Positions 9,845 through 22,851 of a DNA stretch of 41,409 bases are shown piece after piece. The stretch covers positions 1-41,409 of the forward strand of contig JBKOZJ010000007.1 of the NCBI GenBank assembly GCA_046725875.1. Reading direction: 5' to 3'. The notes below the pieces were generated by a model. It searched no databases and was not told the DNA's origin. It saw nothing but the letters and a program-made list of their open reading frames with translations. This DNA comes from Actinomycetota bacterium (GTDB lineage: Bacteria > Actinomycetota > Actinomycetes > JAKEEW01). Each line of letters starts with the position of its first letter. Position 1 is the stretch's first letter. A program made the position numbers and the translations under genes.

Positions 9845-10748
9845 ACATCACTTCGGTCATGATGGCGCGCATGAGCCGAGCGCTCTCCGACGGCGTCTTG
9901 CCGACCTGGACTCCGACCGCCTCCAGCGCTTCCTTCTTAGCCTGAGCAGTGCCGGCGGAGCCGGAGACGATCGCCCCGGCGTGCCCCATCGTCTTGCCTT
10001 CCGGCGCGGTGAATCCGGCGACGTACCCAACGACCGGCTTGGTCACGTTTGCCTTGATGAAGTCGGCCGCGCGCTCCTCGGCGTCGCCGCCGATCTCGCC
10101 GATCAGAACGATTCCATCCGTGTCCGGGTCGTCCTCAAAGGCAGCGAGGCAGTCGATATGGGTCGTGCCGATGACCGGGTCGCCGCCGATACCGACGCAG
10201 GTGGAGAAACCGATGTCGCGCAGCTCATACATCATCTGATAGGTCAATGTGCCCGACTTGCTCACCAGCCCGATCCGGCCGGGCCTCGTGATGTCGGCGG
10301 GAATGATGCCGGCGTTCGACTCCCCCGGAGTGATGACGCCCGGGCAGTTGGGTCCCACGATCCGAGTGCCCCCGGATCCCGCACTGCCTCCGGTCTTCTG
10401 CGCGTACGCGAAGAACTCCGCGGTGTCATGCACCGGGACGCCCTCCGTGATCACAATGACCAGTGGCACCCCCGCGTCGACCGCCTCGACCACCGCTGCC
10501 TTCGTGAAGGACGGCGGCACGAAGACCACGGACACGTCGGCACCGGTCTCCGCGACCGCCTCCTTGACGCTCCCGAAGACCGGGAGCGTCGTGCCGTCGA
10601 AGTCGAGCAGTTGCCCCGCCTTGCGCGGGTTCGTGCCGCCGACGATGCGGCTTCCCGCGGCGAGCATCCGCTTGGTGTGCTTCGTGCCCTCCGAGCCGGT
10701 CATGCCCTGGACGAGGATCTTGCTGTTCGCGGTCAGGAAGATCGCCAC
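9816..10748 (-). CDS. sucD: Succinyl-CoA ligase alpha subunit
   Basis: [40 protein letters not shown], and the MGHAGA phospho-His motif. Confidence 0.97.
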   Translation of the reverse strand: MAIFLTANSKILVQGMTGSEGTKHTKRMLAAGSRIVGGTNPRKAGQLLDFDGTTLPVFGSVKEAVAETGADVSVVFVPPSFTKAAVVEAVDAGVPLVIVITEGVPVHDTAEFFAYAQKTGGSAGSGGTRIVGPNCPGVITPGESNAGIIPADITRPGRIGLVSKSGTLTYQMMYELRDIGFSTCVGIGGDPVIGTTHIDCLAAFEDDPDTDGIVLIGEIGGDAEERAADFIKANVTKPVVGYVAGFTAPEGKTMGHAGAIVSGSAGTAQAKKEALEAVGVQVGKTPSESARLMRAIMTEVMSTGSRPRRS

Positions 10749-10760
10749 TGTTCTCGTTCC

Positions 10761-11948
10761 TTACTGCGCCGGCGCTGCGGCAGCGAGTTCGGCCGCGCGC
10801 CGCGCGGCCCCGTCCATGGTGTCGACCAACTCGACGATGTCGTGCTCCGCGTCGTCGAGGATGCGCCGGCCGAGCGCGGCATTGTTGCCATCGAGGCGAA
10901 CGACCAGCGGCCTGTTGATCGCTTCGCCGGTGGATTTGAGCATCTCGATCGCCTGGACGATGCCGTTCGCCACCTCGTCGCAGGCCGTGATGCCGCCGAA
11001 GACGTTCACCAAGACGCTGCGCACCGACCGATCAGACAGCACGACCTCCAGACCGTTCGACATGATCTCGGCCGAGGCGCCGCCGCCGATGTCGAGGAAG
11101 TTCGCGGGCTTCACCCCGCCGTACTCCTCGCCGGCGTATGCGACCACGTCGAGGGTGCTCATGACGAGGCCGGCGCCGTTCCCGATAATGCCGACCTCGC
11201 CGTCGAGCTTGACGTAATTGAGGTCCTTCTCCTTGGCCCGCGCCTCGAGCGGGTCGACGGCGTACTTGTCGGCGTATTCCTGGAACAGCTCCGCGTGCCG
11301 GAAGTCGGCATTGTCGTCCAGAGTTACCTTCGCGTCCAGCGCGATGATCTTGCCGTCGCCGGTCTTGACCAGCGGATTCACCTCGACGAGCGTGGCGTCC
11401 TCGGCCGCAAAGACCTGCCACAGCAGCACGAGGATGTCGCCGATCTGGTCCTGCACGTCGGCGGGGAAGTTTGCCGCCTCGACGATCTTGCGGGCCCTGG
11501 CCGGGTCAACCCCGCTCAGCGGGGAGATCGGTATCTTGGCGAGGGCCTCGGGCTTGGTCGCCGCGACCTCCTCGATGTCCATGCCGCCTTCGACCGAGGC
11601 CATCGCGAGGTAGGTGCGATCGGCACGATCGAGAAGGTACGACACGTAGTATTCGGCGGCGATGGTCGCCGTCTCGGCCAGCATGACCTTGCGGACGAGA
11701 TGTCCCTTGATGTCCATGCCGAGGATGTCGGCTGCCTTCGCGGCGGCGTCGTCCGGACCAGTGGCTACCTTGATACCGCCCGCCTTGCCGCGGCCGCCGG
11801 TCTTCACCTGCGCCTTGACAACGACACGTCCACCCAGCCGCTCGGCGGCGGCCTTGGCCTGCTCCGGCGTCTCGGCGACCTCGCCATCCAGCACCGGCAC
11901 GGCATGTCTGGCGAAGATCTCCCTTGCCTGATATTCGAACAGATCCAC
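10761..11948 (-). CDS. sucC: Succinyl-CoA ligase beta subunit
   Basis: [67 protein letters not shown] start at 11948. Confidence 0.97.
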   Translation of the reverse strand: MDLFEYQAREIFARHAVPVLDGEVAETPEQAKAAAERLGGRVVVKAQVKTGGRGKAGGIKVATGPDDAAAKAADILGMDIKGHLVRKVMLAETATIAAEYYVSYLLDRADRTYLAMASVEGGMDIEEVAATKPEALAKIPISPLSGVDPARARKIVEAANFPADVQDQIGDILVLLWQVFAAEDATLVEVNPLVKTGDGKIIALDAKVTLDDNADFRHAELFQEYADKYAVDPLEARAKEKDLNYVKLDGEVGIIGNGAGLVMSTLDVVAYAGEEYGGVKPANFLDIGGGASAEIMSNGLEVVLSDRSVRSVLVNVFGGITACDEVANGIVQAIEMLKSTGEAINRPLVVRLDGNNAALGRRILDDAEHDIVELVDTMDGAARRAAELAAAAPAQ

Positions 11949-12132
11949 GAGCTTTCCTCGAACGTCCGCAAACCGGTTATCGGCCGCGGCCAGCAACGAG
12001 GTGCGCCCGGACCGCGACGCGTTGGATCTGGACATTAACCGGGCGAGGCGGGCCAGCGGTAACTGGGGTCCACCCGCGGCGCCGCATGGACGGCGGCCTC
12101 GCCCGACCCGACACAGCCACGGGGCCCGTTCT

Positions 12133-12825
12133 CTACGCTGCCTTGACGAAGATGTGGGCAGCCATGCCGGTCGCAAGCTCGGCGGTCTCGCCGCCGCTGC
12201 CGACGAGAATCCCGCCCGGAGACAGGGTGGCCGTCACCCGCTCACCGGGCATCGCACCGGCCCGGCGCAAGGCACCCATGACTCGCTGATCCGTTTGGAT
12301 CGGCTCACCGAGTCGGCGGACCGTGACCTTGACGCCACCCTCCTCGGCGACCTCTGGCAACGGCACGACACCGTCCAGGAAATCGTCGGGGCTCACCGCC
12401 TCGCCGAGTTCGTCGAGCCCCGGAATCGGCGTACCGTAGGGCGATTCCTTCGGATGCCCGAGCAGATCGAGCAGCCGCCGCTCTACGGCCTCCGACATCA
12501 CGTGCTCCCAGCGACACGCCTCCGCATGCACGTCCTCCCACTGCAGCCCGATCACATCCACAAGCAAGCACTCGGCGAGCCGGTGTTTGCGCATCACCCG
12601 GGTGGCGTGCGCACGACCTAGCTGGGTCAGCTCCAGGTGGCGGTCGCCGGCAAGGGTGAGCAACCCGTCGCGCTCCATCCGGGCGACCGTCTGGCTTACC
12701 GTCGGGCCGCTCTGCTGGAGCCGCTCAGCGATGCGGGCCCGCATCGGGACGACGCCTTCCTCCTCCAGCTCGTAGATCGTCCGGAGAAACATCTCCGTCG
12801 TGTCGATCAGGTCACTCGCGCTCAT
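12133..12825 (-). CDS. ideR: DtxR/IdeR-family metal-dependent repressor with C-terminal SH3/FeoA-like domain
   Basis: [76 protein letters not shown]. Confidence 0.93.
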   Translation of the reverse strand: MSASDLIDTTEMFLRTIYELEEEGVVPMRARIAERLQQSGPTVSQTVARMERDGLLTLAGDRHLELTQLGRAHATRVMRKHRLAECLLVDVIGLQWEDVHAEACRWEHVMSEAVERRLLDLLGHPKESPYGTPIPGLDELGEAVSPDDFLDGVVPLPEVAEEGGVKVTVRRLGEPIQTDQRVMGALRRAGAMPGERVTATLSPGGILVGSGGETAELATGMAAHIFVKAA

Positions 12826-12957
12826 TCGCTCTCCCAGCTCCCCGGCACTTCCACCGGCGGGCTTTCATTGTCGCTTACCAGGGCAACCGCAAGTCGATCG
12901 TCTAGGACCTCTGGGGCGGGAGGCTTGCCGGCGGCTGATCGGGGTAGCGTCTGCCGG

Positions 12958-13611
12958 GTGACGGACGAGCGTCCAGGCGCTCAGCAGTGGGTGCCCCCCG
13001 GTGCTGATCTGGATCAGCTGCGCGCCGCGGCGAAGGACTGCCGCGGCTGTGAGCTCTACCAGAACGCCACCCAGACCGTGTTCAGCGCCGGAGCTCCGAC
13101 CGCGCGTGTCGTCCTCGTCGGCGAGCAGCCAGGAGACCAGGAGGACCGGCAGGGGCAGCCGTTCGTCGGCCCCGCCGGGCGCCTGCTCGACAAGGCCTTG
13201 ATCGAGGCCGGCATCGACCGGTCGGACGCCTACGTCACGAACGCGGTCAAGCACTTCCGGTTCCGCCAGGCCGGGCCCGGCAAGCGGCGCCTGCACCAGA
13301 CCCCCGACGTCGCTCACATCACCGCCTGCGAGCCGTGGCTCGACGCTGAACTGGCAATTCTCGACCCCGAGGTCGTGGTCATCCTCGGCGCGATTGCCGG
13401 ACGTGCCCTGGTCGGTCCGACCTTCCGGGTCACAAAGCAGCGGGGCACCCTCATCCCGATGCCGAGCCGGGACGACGAGGACTCGGCCCGCAAGAACGCC
13501 TTCATGGTGCCGACCGTCCATCCGTCCGCCGTGCTTAGAGCGGACGACCAGGAAACCGCCTACGCCGGCTTCCTTGCCGATCTCCGGGTCGCCGCCGGCG
13601 TCCTCACCTAG
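12958..13611 (+). CDS. udgX: UdgX-family uracil-DNA binding protein (family-4 UDG fold)
   Basis: CRGCELY Fe-S ligands, VGEQPGDQED, PFVGPAG, TNAVKHF, R-loop KRRLH, HPSAVLR; GTG 7 nt after TAGCGT. Confidence 0.9.
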   Translation: MTDERPGAQQWVPPGADLDQLRAAAKDCRGCELYQNATQTVFSAGAPTARVVLVGEQPGDQEDRQGQPFVGPAGRLLDKALIEAGIDRSDAYVTNAVKHFRFRQAGPGKRRLHQTPDVAHITACEPWLDAELAILDPEVVVILGAIAGRALVGPTFRVTKQRGTLIPMPSRDDEDSARKNAFMVPTVHPSAVLRADDQETAYAGFLADLRVAAGVLT

Positions 13612-13625
13612 CACGATCGAACTGA

Positions 13626-14915
13626 TCAAGGGACCGGATTGCGGGCGTCGTACCCGAGGAAGCCCCGGTAGTGCATGGCGAGCAGCCAGACGCAGGTCAC
13701 GCAGAGCAGCCCGCCGCTGACCGCGGCGAATGTCTCGGTGGACAGCGACGAAACCGTCCCAGCCGTGAAGTCGCCCAGCCGGGGCCCGCCGGCGACGACG
13801 ACCACGAATACACCTTGCAGCCGGCCGCGCAGTTCATCCGGAGTGGCGACCTGCAAGATCGTGTTCCGGTAAACCGCGCTGACCAGATCCGCCGCACCCG
13901 CGATCGCCAGGAAGGTGACCGCCAGCCACAGCCAGCGTGAGAGCCCGAAGGCCGCGATTGCCAAGCCGTACAAGGACACCGCGAGCACCACGGCTAGGCC
14001 CTGGCGGCGGATCCGGCTGGTCCACCCGGAGAACATTGCGCTCAGGACCGATCCGACCGCTAGGGATGCCGTCAGGAGGCCGACGGTGCGGGCGCCGCCC
14101 CCGTACACCTTTGCCGCGAGCGCCGGGAATAGGGCCCGCGGCATCGCGAAGACCATCGCGCATAGGTCGGTCAGAAACGTCATGAGGACGTTGGGCCGGG
14201 TCCGGAGGAAGCGCAGACCTTCGAGTACGGACCGCAGCCCGGCGCGGCGCCACCGAGGTTGGGACTCTCCGGACGAGCCGGCCGGGCTGGCGGCAGACAC
14301 CATGACGGGCATCGGCTGCCGCTCGGGCGGCATCGGCGGCAGCCGCACCAGCGCGTAGAGGGCGGCCGCGAACGTCGCAACGTCGACCACATAAGCGGCA
14401 CCGAGCCCGAGCCAGCCGATGAGCAGGCCGGCGAGCAGCGGCCCGATCGTGAGGCCGAGCTGGAAGCTGAGCTGCGCCAGCGCGTTCGCCGCGGTGAGCA
14501 GCTCGACCGGGAGCAGCCGAGGGATCATCGCGTTGCGGCTCGGGTTGTTGACGGCGAAGAAGAGGCCCTGCAGCCCGACCATCGTGTAGATGAGCCAGAG
14601 CAGCCGCCAACCGGCGTACCACTGGATCGCCAGCACAAGGCTCGCCGCCGTCCAGCCGGCTGATGCCGCGATGGCGAGCAGCTTCCGGTCGACCGCGTCC
14701 GCTACCGCCCCGCCGTACAGGCCACCGATCACCATCGGTACGAGTACGACCAGGCCGAGCAGCCCGACGGCGAAGTTCGACTCGGTCATCGCGTAGACCT
14801 GGATGGCGACCGCGATGCCGGTCATCTGCTGGCCGAGCTGCGAGACGGTCAGCCCGAACCAGAGCCGGCGATAGTGCGGTGAGACGCGCAGGGGCCGGAC
14901 GTCGGCGAGTATCAC
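13626..14915 (-). CDS. MFS transporter (EntS/MFS_3-like)
   Basis: 12 TM pattern, [22 protein letters not shown]; the GTG start overlaps the pdxH stop (GTGA). Confidence 0.88.
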   Translation of the reverse strand: MILADVRPLRVSPHYRRLWFGLTVSQLGQQMTGIAVAIQVYAMTESNFAVGLLGLVVLVPMVIGGLYGGAVADAVDRKLLAIAASAGWTAASLVLAIQWYAGWRLLWLIYTMVGLQGLFFAVNNPSRNAMIPRLLPVELLTAANALAQLSFQLGLTIGPLLAGLLIGWLGLGAAYVVDVATFAAALYALVRLPPMPPERQPMPVMVSAASPAGSSGESQPRWRRAGLRSVLEGLRFLRTRPNVLMTFLTDLCAMVFAMPRALFPALAAKVYGGGARTVGLLTASLAVGSVLSAMFSGWTSRIRRQGLAVVLAVSLYGLAIAAFGLSRWLWLAVTFLAIAGAADLVSAVYRNTILQVATPDELRGRLQGVFVVVVAGGPRLGDFTAGTVSSLSTETFAAVSGGLLCVTCVWLLAMHYRGFLGYDARNPVP

Positions 14916-15571
14916 GGGGCGAGCCGCTCGATGACCCACCCCACGGTGTCGCCGTGTTCGGCCCGGCGGTAGCGCAAACGGTCGTGGAGCCGGCTCTCCC
15001 GGCCCTGCCAGAATTCGACGATGTCCGGGCGGAGCCGGTAGCCGCCCCAGAAGTCGGGCGTCGGCACCTGGGTGCCCGGGGGCCACCGCTTGGCGAGCTC
15101 CGCGAACCGTTCGTCGAGTTCGGCCCTAGACGCGATGGTCGTGGACTGCCTGGATGCCCACGCGCCGAGCTGGGAGTCCCGCGGTCGAGTGCGGAAGTAG
15201 GCGGCGCTCTGCTCCGCGCTAACCCTGCTAACCATGCCGAGGACAGTCACCTGGCGATCGATCGCCTGCCACGGGAAGAGCAGCGATGCATGCGGATTTA
15301 CGGCCAGATCCCGGGCCTTGCGGCTGCGGTAGTTCGTGTAGAACACGAAGCCCGCCTCGTCATAGCCCTTGAGCAGGACGGTGCGGGCGCTGGGCCGCCC
15401 ACGCTCGTCCGCGGTCGCGAGGATCACTGCGTTCGGCTCGGGCAGCTCGGCCTCGGCCGCCGTGATGAGCCAGCGCGCGAATTGTGTGTACGGGTCAGGA
15501 GCGAGATCGGTTTCGCTGAGGCCCGCGCGTCGGTAGCTCCGGCGCATAGCCGCCAGCTCCTTGGTATCCAC
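14912..15571 (-). CDS. pdxH: Pyridoxamine 5'-phosphate oxidase
   Basis: [62 protein letters not shown]. Confidence 0.96.
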   Translation of the reverse strand: MDTKELAAMRRSYRRAGLSETDLAPDPYTQFARWLITAAEAELPEPNAVILATADERGRPSARTVLLKGYDEAGFVFYTNYRSRKARDLAVNPHASLLFPWQAIDRQVTVLGMVSRVSAEQSAAYFRTRPRDSQLGAWASRQSTTIASRAELDERFAELAKRWPPGTQVPTPDFWGGYRLRPDIVEFWQGRESRLHDRLRYRRAEHGDTVGWVIERLAP

Positions 15572-15816
15572 CACAGCTCCCTCACGTTGCGAGTCACGGC
15601 CACTTCCGTGGCCAAAGCTCGGCGCGCCAGCTGAACGCGTACTCGCGGCACCCATGATCCCGCACCAGCGGCGCGGGATCGGCCGACGGCGATGCTCGAG
15701 CCTTGCTGAGTCACCCGACGCGCGCCTGCTAAGAATGGTGCGGACCGACCGTGTGCTTTCTCGCCGCTGAGATGCCCCACGGGCCGGTAGCACTCGATTT
15801 CGCAAAGGAGCCGTCG

Positions 15817-16911
15817 ATGAGCGAGTCCGACTTCAAGCCCGGCCTCGAAGGGGTGATTGCCTTCGAGACCGAGATCGCCGAGCCGGACAAGGAGGGCGGC
15901 TCGCTGCGCTACCGCGGCGTCGACATCGAGGACCTGGTCGGCCGGGTGTCGTTCGGCAATGTCTGGGGCTTGCTGGTTGACAACAAGTTCAACCCCGGCC
16001 TCCCGCCGGCCGAACCGTTCCCGATCCCGGTCCACTCCGGTGACGTGCGGGTGGACGTACAGAGCGCAATCGCAATGCTGGCGCCCGCCTGGGGGCTGCG
16101 CCCGCTGTACGACATCGACGACGTTCAGGCACGTGACGACCTCGCGCGAACTGCCGTGATGGTCCTGTCTTATGTCGCCCAGTCGGCTCGCGGTCTGGGC
16201 GTGCCGATGGTGCCGCAAAGTGAGATCGACAAGGCGCATACCATCGTCGAGCGATTCATGATCCGTTGGCGGGGTGAGCCCGATCCACGGCACATCAAGG
16301 CCGTGGACGCCTACTGGACGTCGGCGGCCGAGCATGGCATGAACGCCTCGACCTTCACGGCCAGGGTCGTGGCATCGACCGGCGCCGACGTCGCATCCTG
16401 CCTCTCGGCCGCGGTCGGCGCGATATCCGGGCCGCTACACGGCGGTGCTCCCGCTCGCGTATTGCACATGATCGAAGAGGTGGAGCGCACCGGGGACCCG
16501 GTCGGCTACGTGAAACAGGTCCTCGACGCGGGCGAGCGGCTGATGGGCTTCGGGCACCGGGTCTACCGGGCCGAGGATCCGCGGGCGCGGGTCTTGCGGC
16601 GGACTGCTCGGGATCTCGGCGCGCCGCGTTACGAGGTCGCATCGGCATTGGAGAAGGCCGCCTTGGAGGAACTGCGCGCCCGCCGGCCGGACCGGGTACT
16701 GGAGACCAACGTGGAGTTCTGGGCGGCGATCGTCCTCGACTTCGCCGAGGTGCCATCGCACATGTTCACGGCGATGTTCACCTGCGCGCGTACGGCGGGT
16801 TGGAGCGCCCACATCCTCGAGCAGAAGCGCACCGGCCGGCTGATCCGCCCGTCGGCCCGCTACGTCGGCCCCGGCCCACGCAAGCCCGAAGACGTTGAGG
16901 GCTCCCTCTAG
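15817..16911 (+). CDS. citA: Citrate synthase 2 (actinobacterial CitA type)
   Basis: [73 protein letters not shown]; divergent from pdxH as in other actinomycetes. Confidence 0.93.
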   Translation: MSESDFKPGLEGVIAFETEIAEPDKEGGSLRYRGVDIEDLVGRVSFGNVWGLLVDNKFNPGLPPAEPFPIPVHSGDVRVDVQSAIAMLAPAWGLRPLYDIDDVQARDDLARTAVMVLSYVAQSARGLGVPMVPQSEIDKAHTIVERFMIRWRGEPDPRHIKAVDAYWTSAAEHGMNASTFTARVVASTGADVASCLSAAVGAISGPLHGGAPARVLHMIEEVERTGDPVGYVKQVLDAGERLMGFGHRVYRAEDPRARVLRRTARDLGAPRYEVASALEKAALEELRARRPDRVLETNVEFWAAIVLDFAEVPSHMFTAMFTCARTAGWSAHILEQKRTGRLIRPSARYVGPGPRKPEDVEGSL

Positions 16912-16923
16912 CACGTCATCGGG

Positions 16924-17455
16924 TCAGAGCCGACGACCCATGAGGTAGACCGTCGCATCGCCGGCCGGGAAGCGGTCGGTCAGGATGTGCCACCCACGTC
17001 TCTCGTACAGTCGGCGGGCCGGCTCCGCCGCCGGATTGCAGGCGAGGATCCCGGTCGGCGCAGGCGTCCCCGCGATCAGCAGATCGTGCACCAGCATGCC
17101 GAGCCCTCGGCCTTGTGTATGCGGGTGTACAGCGACGTGGACGATCTCAAGGCAACACGGGCCGAGCCACCGTCAACCTCGTAAGGCTCGAGGGCGGCGG
17201 CGACGCGGTCACGCCACCAGTCGCCAGGGTGGGCCAGCACCGCGAGTCCGACGCCGGCAGGACGCCCGTAATCGTGGACGAGAACCAGGCGGAGACCGTC
17301 GCGTTGGCGCGAGTACCGCTGGACCCGCTCTCGGAACGCTGCCGCCTGGTCAGGCCCCTCGTTGTACGGCGGTCGGCGAATGCGGCGAGGTAAACCGATT
17401 GAGCGTCGTCGAGCAGATCCGCACGCGGCTCGTCGATCAGTAGGCGCGCCACCAT
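16924..17455 (-). pseudogene. GNAT acetyltransferase split by two -1 frameshifts (~17372 and ~17171); possibly intact with sequencing errors
   Basis: Restoring one C at each site gives ...VYLAAFADPPYNEG...DWWRDRV...RWLGPCCLEIVHVAVHPHTQGRGLG...PARRLYERRGW...RL*, including acetyl-CoA motif A (QGRGLG). Confidence 0.85.
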
Positions 17456-17494
17456 GTGCCCATCAAAGCGGTCTGTCGGCCGGCGCGTGCGGTC

Positions 17495-20473
17495 TCAGGC
17501 CGGCGGAGCGAGAGTTGCGGCCAGGGCCTCGGCGAGGTGGATGGCTCGGCGGCTGGTGGCGTGGGCGATCTGGAGGCGGCAGGAGAAGCCGTCCGCGATG
17601 ACAAGAGCGTCCTTTGGCGCAGCGCGCACGGCCGGCAACACCGCGAGCTCGCCAACCGCCATCGACACGTCGTAGTGCTCGTAGCCGAAGTTGCCCGCAA
17701 GCCCGCAGCAGCCGCCGTCCAGCACGTCGGCGTCGATGCCGGCCCGCCGCAGCACGTCGGCATCGGCGTCGAACCCCAGCACCGCGTACTGATGGCAGTG
17801 GCGCTGGACCAGCGCCTTCCGCCCCGCTGAGCCCGCGGGATCAGATGCCTCGACCGGCAGATCCTCCGATCGATCAGCCGTTGCCGCCGCCCGCTCTGGC
17901 CAGTACGGAGCGTAGGAGGTCAACAGCTCACTCAGCGTCCGTATTGATTGCGCAAGCCGTACGGCCCGCGGGTCATCTGGCAAGAGCTCGACAGCATCAC
18001 CGCGGAGCGCAGCCGTACAGCTCGGCTCGAGACCCAGGACCGGGAGGCCATCATCAAGCGCTGACTCCACGATGTCGAGCGACCCGCGCAGTACACGCCG
18101 AGCGAGGGAAAGCTGACCGGTCGAAAGATAGGTGAGCCCGCAACACACCGGTCGATCGGGCAGGCGGACCGCGAGCCCCGCCGAGCGCAGCACCGCCAGC
18201 GCGGCCGCCCCGACCGAGGGGGTGAAGTAGTTCGTGAAGGTGTCGGGCCAAACAAGCACCGGCTGGCGCTGCGCACCCTCCGGCGGCTGCGCGCCGGCTC
18301 CATTCGTGGACTGTTCGAGCCGATCAGGGCCGAGCCCCTCGCCGCCGACCCGATGGTCACCGGCAACGTCGACTACCGCCGCTTCTCCCGGCCCGTACTC
18401 TCCGAGAAACGAGGTTCGGGCGATGCGCGGAAAGGGTCGGGCGGGCGTGCTGCCGGCCATCGCCGCAACGACCCGGGCACCGATCCGCGACGCAAGCACG
18501 GCGTTCACCAAACCAGGCGTGCGCGAGGCAAGACGCAACCACTGCGGCAGCCGACCCAGCGTGTAGTGGGCGCGCGGCCGCAGCCGCCCCCGGTAGTGGT
18601 GGTGCAAGAACTCCGCCTTGTAGGTCGCCATATCCACGCTCACCGGGCAGTCCGACAAGCAGCCCTTGCACGCAAGGCACAGGTCCAAGGCATCGCGCAC
18701 CTCCGCCGAACGCCAACGGTCGGCGACCAGGTCGCCGCGCAGCATCTCGGCGAGCAGCCGAGCCCGCCCCCTCGTGGAATGCCGGTCGTCGTGGGTGGCA
18801 CGAAACGACGGACACATCACTCCGCCCGACTCGATGCGGCAGGCGGCCACCCCGACACATCGGCGCGTGGCCCGGGCGAGGTCGCCGCCATCTGCGGCCA
18901 ACGTCAGCCCAGCCGGCCGGGGCACCCGGGCCGGCCCGGCGACCCGCAAGTCGGCATCGAGCCGCCCGGGCCGGACCGCAGCCCCCGGGTTCAACTCGCC
19001 CGCCGGGTCCCACACCGCCTTGAATGCGGCGAACATGTCGACCACCGGCCGGCCGAACACCCGCTCGTTGAGCTCGGCCCGCGCCTGACCGTCACCATGC
19101 TCGCCGGATGGGACGCCCCCGTGTGCGACGACCAGATCGGTCGCGGCCTCGATGAACTCGCGGAACCGGCTCCGCCCGGGCGTACTGAACAGGTCGAAGT
19201 TGATGCGAACGTGCACGCATCCCTCGCCGAAATGGCCGTAGACCGAGCCGCTCAAGCCGTACTCGGCGAGCAGCGCCTTGAACTCGCGCAGATAGGCACT
19301 GAGGCGCACAGGCGGTACGGCGGCGTCTTCCCAGCCCGGCCAGGCCTCGGCCTCCCCTCCGCCGGGCAGCCGGGGGCGGGTGGCCCACCCGACGCCGTGC
19401 TCGCGCAGCTGCCACAGCGCGCGTTGTCGGTCCGGCTCGGTCACGATCGTGTACGCCAACGCAGCCGCCTCGGTTGCGGCCCGCCGAGCGGCCTCAGTCG
19501 CCTCGGCGACCGACGAGCCGCCGAACTCGGCATACAGCCAGCCGTCACCATCCGGTAGCTCGGGGGGGCGCGCGGGGACGCTGGCAATGAGCGCACGCTC
19601 CATCCCTTCGACCGCGAGCGGGCCGAGTGCAACGACAGCGGGGGCGGCATCGGCCGCGGACAGCTCGTCGGGATAGCCGAGTACGGCAAGGACACGAACG
19701 GCCGGCACCTCGACAAGCCGTACTGTCGCGCCGAGCACGACCGCACAGGTTCCTTCCGTACCGACAAGGGATCGCGCGACCTGGACGCCGCGCTCGGGTG
19801 CCAACCAGTCGACCTGGTAGCCCGAGCAGCGACGCGGTAGTTGCGGCAGGCCGGTGCGAATGAGCGCGAGATGGTCCCGCTGGAACTGCTCGAGCCCGTT
19901 ACGCAGAGGTCCAGCCCGGGTCGAGTCCAGGCCGGCCGCGACGGTAACCCGCTGCCCGTCGTAGAGCAGGACGTCGAGCTCCTGCACGTTCTCGGCGGTG
20001 TTCCCCCAGGCCAGGGAGTGCGCCCCGCAAGCGTTGTTGCCGATCATCCCGCCGATCGTGCAGCGGTTGTGCGTGGAAGGGTCGGGCCCGAAGGTCAACC
20101 CGTGCCGGGCGGCCGCGGCACGAAGATCGTCGAGGACTAGGCCGGGCTGGACCCGGGCCAGCCGGGCCGCCGGATCGATCCACTCGATCCGACGCAGGTA
20201 CCTTGAGGTGTCGATGACGAGCCCACGACCGGTTGCCTGACCGGCGACGCTGGTCCCGCCGCCCCGCATAGACACGGGCACATCGCGGGCCCGGGCAGCC
20301 GCTACCGCCGCAATGACGTCGTCCGTTCTAGCCGGAATGACGACCCCAACCGGCACATGCCGGTAGTTGGAGGCGTCCGTCGCGTAGAGGGCTCTGGTTC
20401 CGGCGTCGAAGGCCACCGTCCCGTCGACGGCGACCCGCAGGGCTCGCTCCAGCCCCCGTAGGTCAACGCCCAC
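17495..20473 (-). CDS. FAD-binding and Fe-S-binding oxidoreductase (GlcD/GlcF fusion, YdiJ-like)
   Basis: YATDASNY, RGGGTSVAGQ, FGPDPST, GTEGT, SGEHGDG, RCVGVAAC..MCPS, LDLCLACKGCLSDCP, CCG motifs. Confidence 0.92.
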   Translation of the reverse strand: MGVDLRGLERALRVAVDGTVAFDAGTRALYATDASNYRHVPVGVVIPARTDDVIAAVAAARARDVPVSMRGGGTSVAGQATGRGLVIDTSRYLRRIEWIDPAARLARVQPGLVLDDLRAAAARHGLTFGPDPSTHNRCTIGGMIGNNACGAHSLAWGNTAENVQELDVLLYDGQRVTVAAGLDSTRAGPLRNGLEQFQRDHLALIRTGLPQLPRRCSGYQVDWLAPERGVQVARSLVGTEGTCAVVLGATVRLVEVPAVRVLAVLGYPDELSAADAAPAVVALGPLAVEGMERALIASVPARPPELPDGDGWLYAEFGGSSVAEATEAARRAATEAAALAYTIVTEPDRQRALWQLREHGVGWATRPRLPGGGEAEAWPGWEDAAVPPVRLSAYLREFKALLAEYGLSGSVYGHFGEGCVHVRINFDLFSTPGRSRFREFIEAATDLVVAHGGVPSGEHGDGQARAELNERVFGRPVVDMFAAFKAVWDPAGELNPGAAVRPGRLDADLRVAGPARVPRPAGLTLAADGGDLARATRRCVGVAACRIESGGVMCPSFRATHDDRHSTRGRARLLAEMLRGDLVADRWRSAEVRDALDLCLACKGCLSDCPVSVDMATYKAEFLHHHYRGRLRPRAHYTLGRLPQWLRLASRTPGLVNAVLASRIGARVVAAMAGSTPARPFPRIARTSFLGEYGPGEAAVVDVAGDHRVGGEGLGPDRLEQSTNGAGAQPPEGAQRQPVLVWPDTFTNYFTPSVGAAALAVLRSAGLAVRLPDRPVCCGLTYLSTGQLSLARRVLRGSLDIVESALDDGLPVLGLEPSCTAALRGDAVELLPDDPRAVRLAQSIRTLSELLTSYAPYWPERAAATADRSEDLPVEASDPAGSAGRKALVQRHCHQYAVLGFDADADVLRRAGIDADVLDGGCCGLAGNFGYEHYDVSMAVGELAVLPAVRAAPKDALVIADGFSCRLQIAHATSRRAIHLAEALAATLAPPA

Positions 20474-20554
20474 TCAGGTATTGTCCCGGTCGGTCGCCGG
20501 TGGCTTCACGGCCCCAGGCCCGGGGATAATGGCGGTCCTGCGTGCCGTCAGTGA

Positions 20555-21805
<1,251 letters not shown>

Positions 21806-21846
21806 TGCACACGTGGGCACAGGAAGAAAGGAGCGGCTCGAGGTCG

Positions 21847-22776
21847 ATGGAAAGTGGCGGGGCGGTGGGGCACCACGGGCACGCTGTGGGCGTCGCCCGG
21901 GCGGCCGCCCGCTATCGCCCGCGGCTGCTCATCGCGTTCCTCCTGGCCGCGGGGTTCCTGCTCGTCGAGGCCGTGGTCGCTCTCGCGAGCCGGTCGCTCG
22001 TGCTGCTGTCCGACGCCGGTCACATGTTGACCGACGTGGTCGGCGTGGGAATGGCGCTTGCGGCGATCACCGTCGCCTCGCGGCCCGGTAACGGTCGCGG
22101 CCGGCGGACTTTCGGCCTCTACCGGCTCGAAGTGCTCGCGGCGCTCGCCAACGCAGTGCTCTTGTTTGCGGTTGCCGGCTACGTGCTCTGGGAGGCGGTG
22201 CGCCGGCTCGACAGCCCGATCGAGGTTCCGTCGGCGCCAATCCTGGCGATCGCTGGTGTGGGTCTCGTCCTCAACCTGGTCAGCTATCTGCTGCTCAGGC
22301 CAGGCGCCCGGGAAAGCCTCAACGTCCAGGGCGCGGCGCTCGAGGTGCTGGCCGATGCGATCGGTTCTGCCGTCGTTCTCGTCGCAGCCGTCGCGATCGC
22401 CGTCACCGGATGGGACTGGATCGACCCGGTGGCGGCCATCGCGCTCGGGGTCTTCATCCTGCCCCGGACCGCCCGCCTCGCCGCGCGCGCGTTGCGGGTG
22501 CTGCTCCAAGCTGCGCCGCCGCACATCGACCTGGCGGGAGTACGGGCCGATTTGGCTGGGATCCCCGGCGTGCTCGACGTACACGACCTGCACATCTGGA
22601 CGCTCACATCCGAGATGGAGGTGGCAACGGCTCACGTAATGATCGGCCGCGGCGCCAACTCACACGCTGTACTCGATCAGGCGCAGGAACGCCTGCGCGA
22701 GGGGCACGGAGTCGAGCACGCGACCCTTCAAATCGAGCCCGCCGACCACAGCGGCTGCGACGAAATCGGCTGGTAG
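21847..22776 (+). CDS. Cation diffusion facilitator (CzcD/ZitB-like)
   Basis: LLSDAGHMLTD, RTFGLYRLEVLAAL, DVHDLHIWTLTS, HATLQIE. Start uncertain (21805, 21847 or 21865). Confidence 0.92.
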   Translation: MESGGAVGHHGHAVGVARAAARYRPRLLIAFLLAAGFLLVEAVVALASRSLVLLSDAGHMLTDVVGVGMALAAITVASRPGNGRGRRTFGLYRLEVLAALANAVLLFAVAGYVLWEAVRRLDSPIEVPSAPILAIAGVGLVLNLVSYLLLRPGARESLNVQGAALEVLADAIGSAVVLVAAVAIAVTGWDWIDPVAAIALGVFILPRTARLAARALRVLLQAAPPHIDLAGVRADLAGIPGVLDVHDLHIWTLTSEMEVATAHVMIGRGANSHAVLDQAQERLREGHGVEHATLQIEPADHSGCDEIGW

Positions 22777-22851
22777 CACCTCCGCCTTCGCAGTCGTTCT
22801 CATGGGAGCGGCGGGGGCCGAGCTCCGCCTGCTCGGCGGGTTCCGGTCCGG

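Noticed and set aside
264..12038. Very long antisense ORFs (264-1727, 4965-7706, 9600-12038 and others)
   Set aside because: These are shadow frames opposite well-conserved genes, expected at this GC content, and they have no recognisable motifs.
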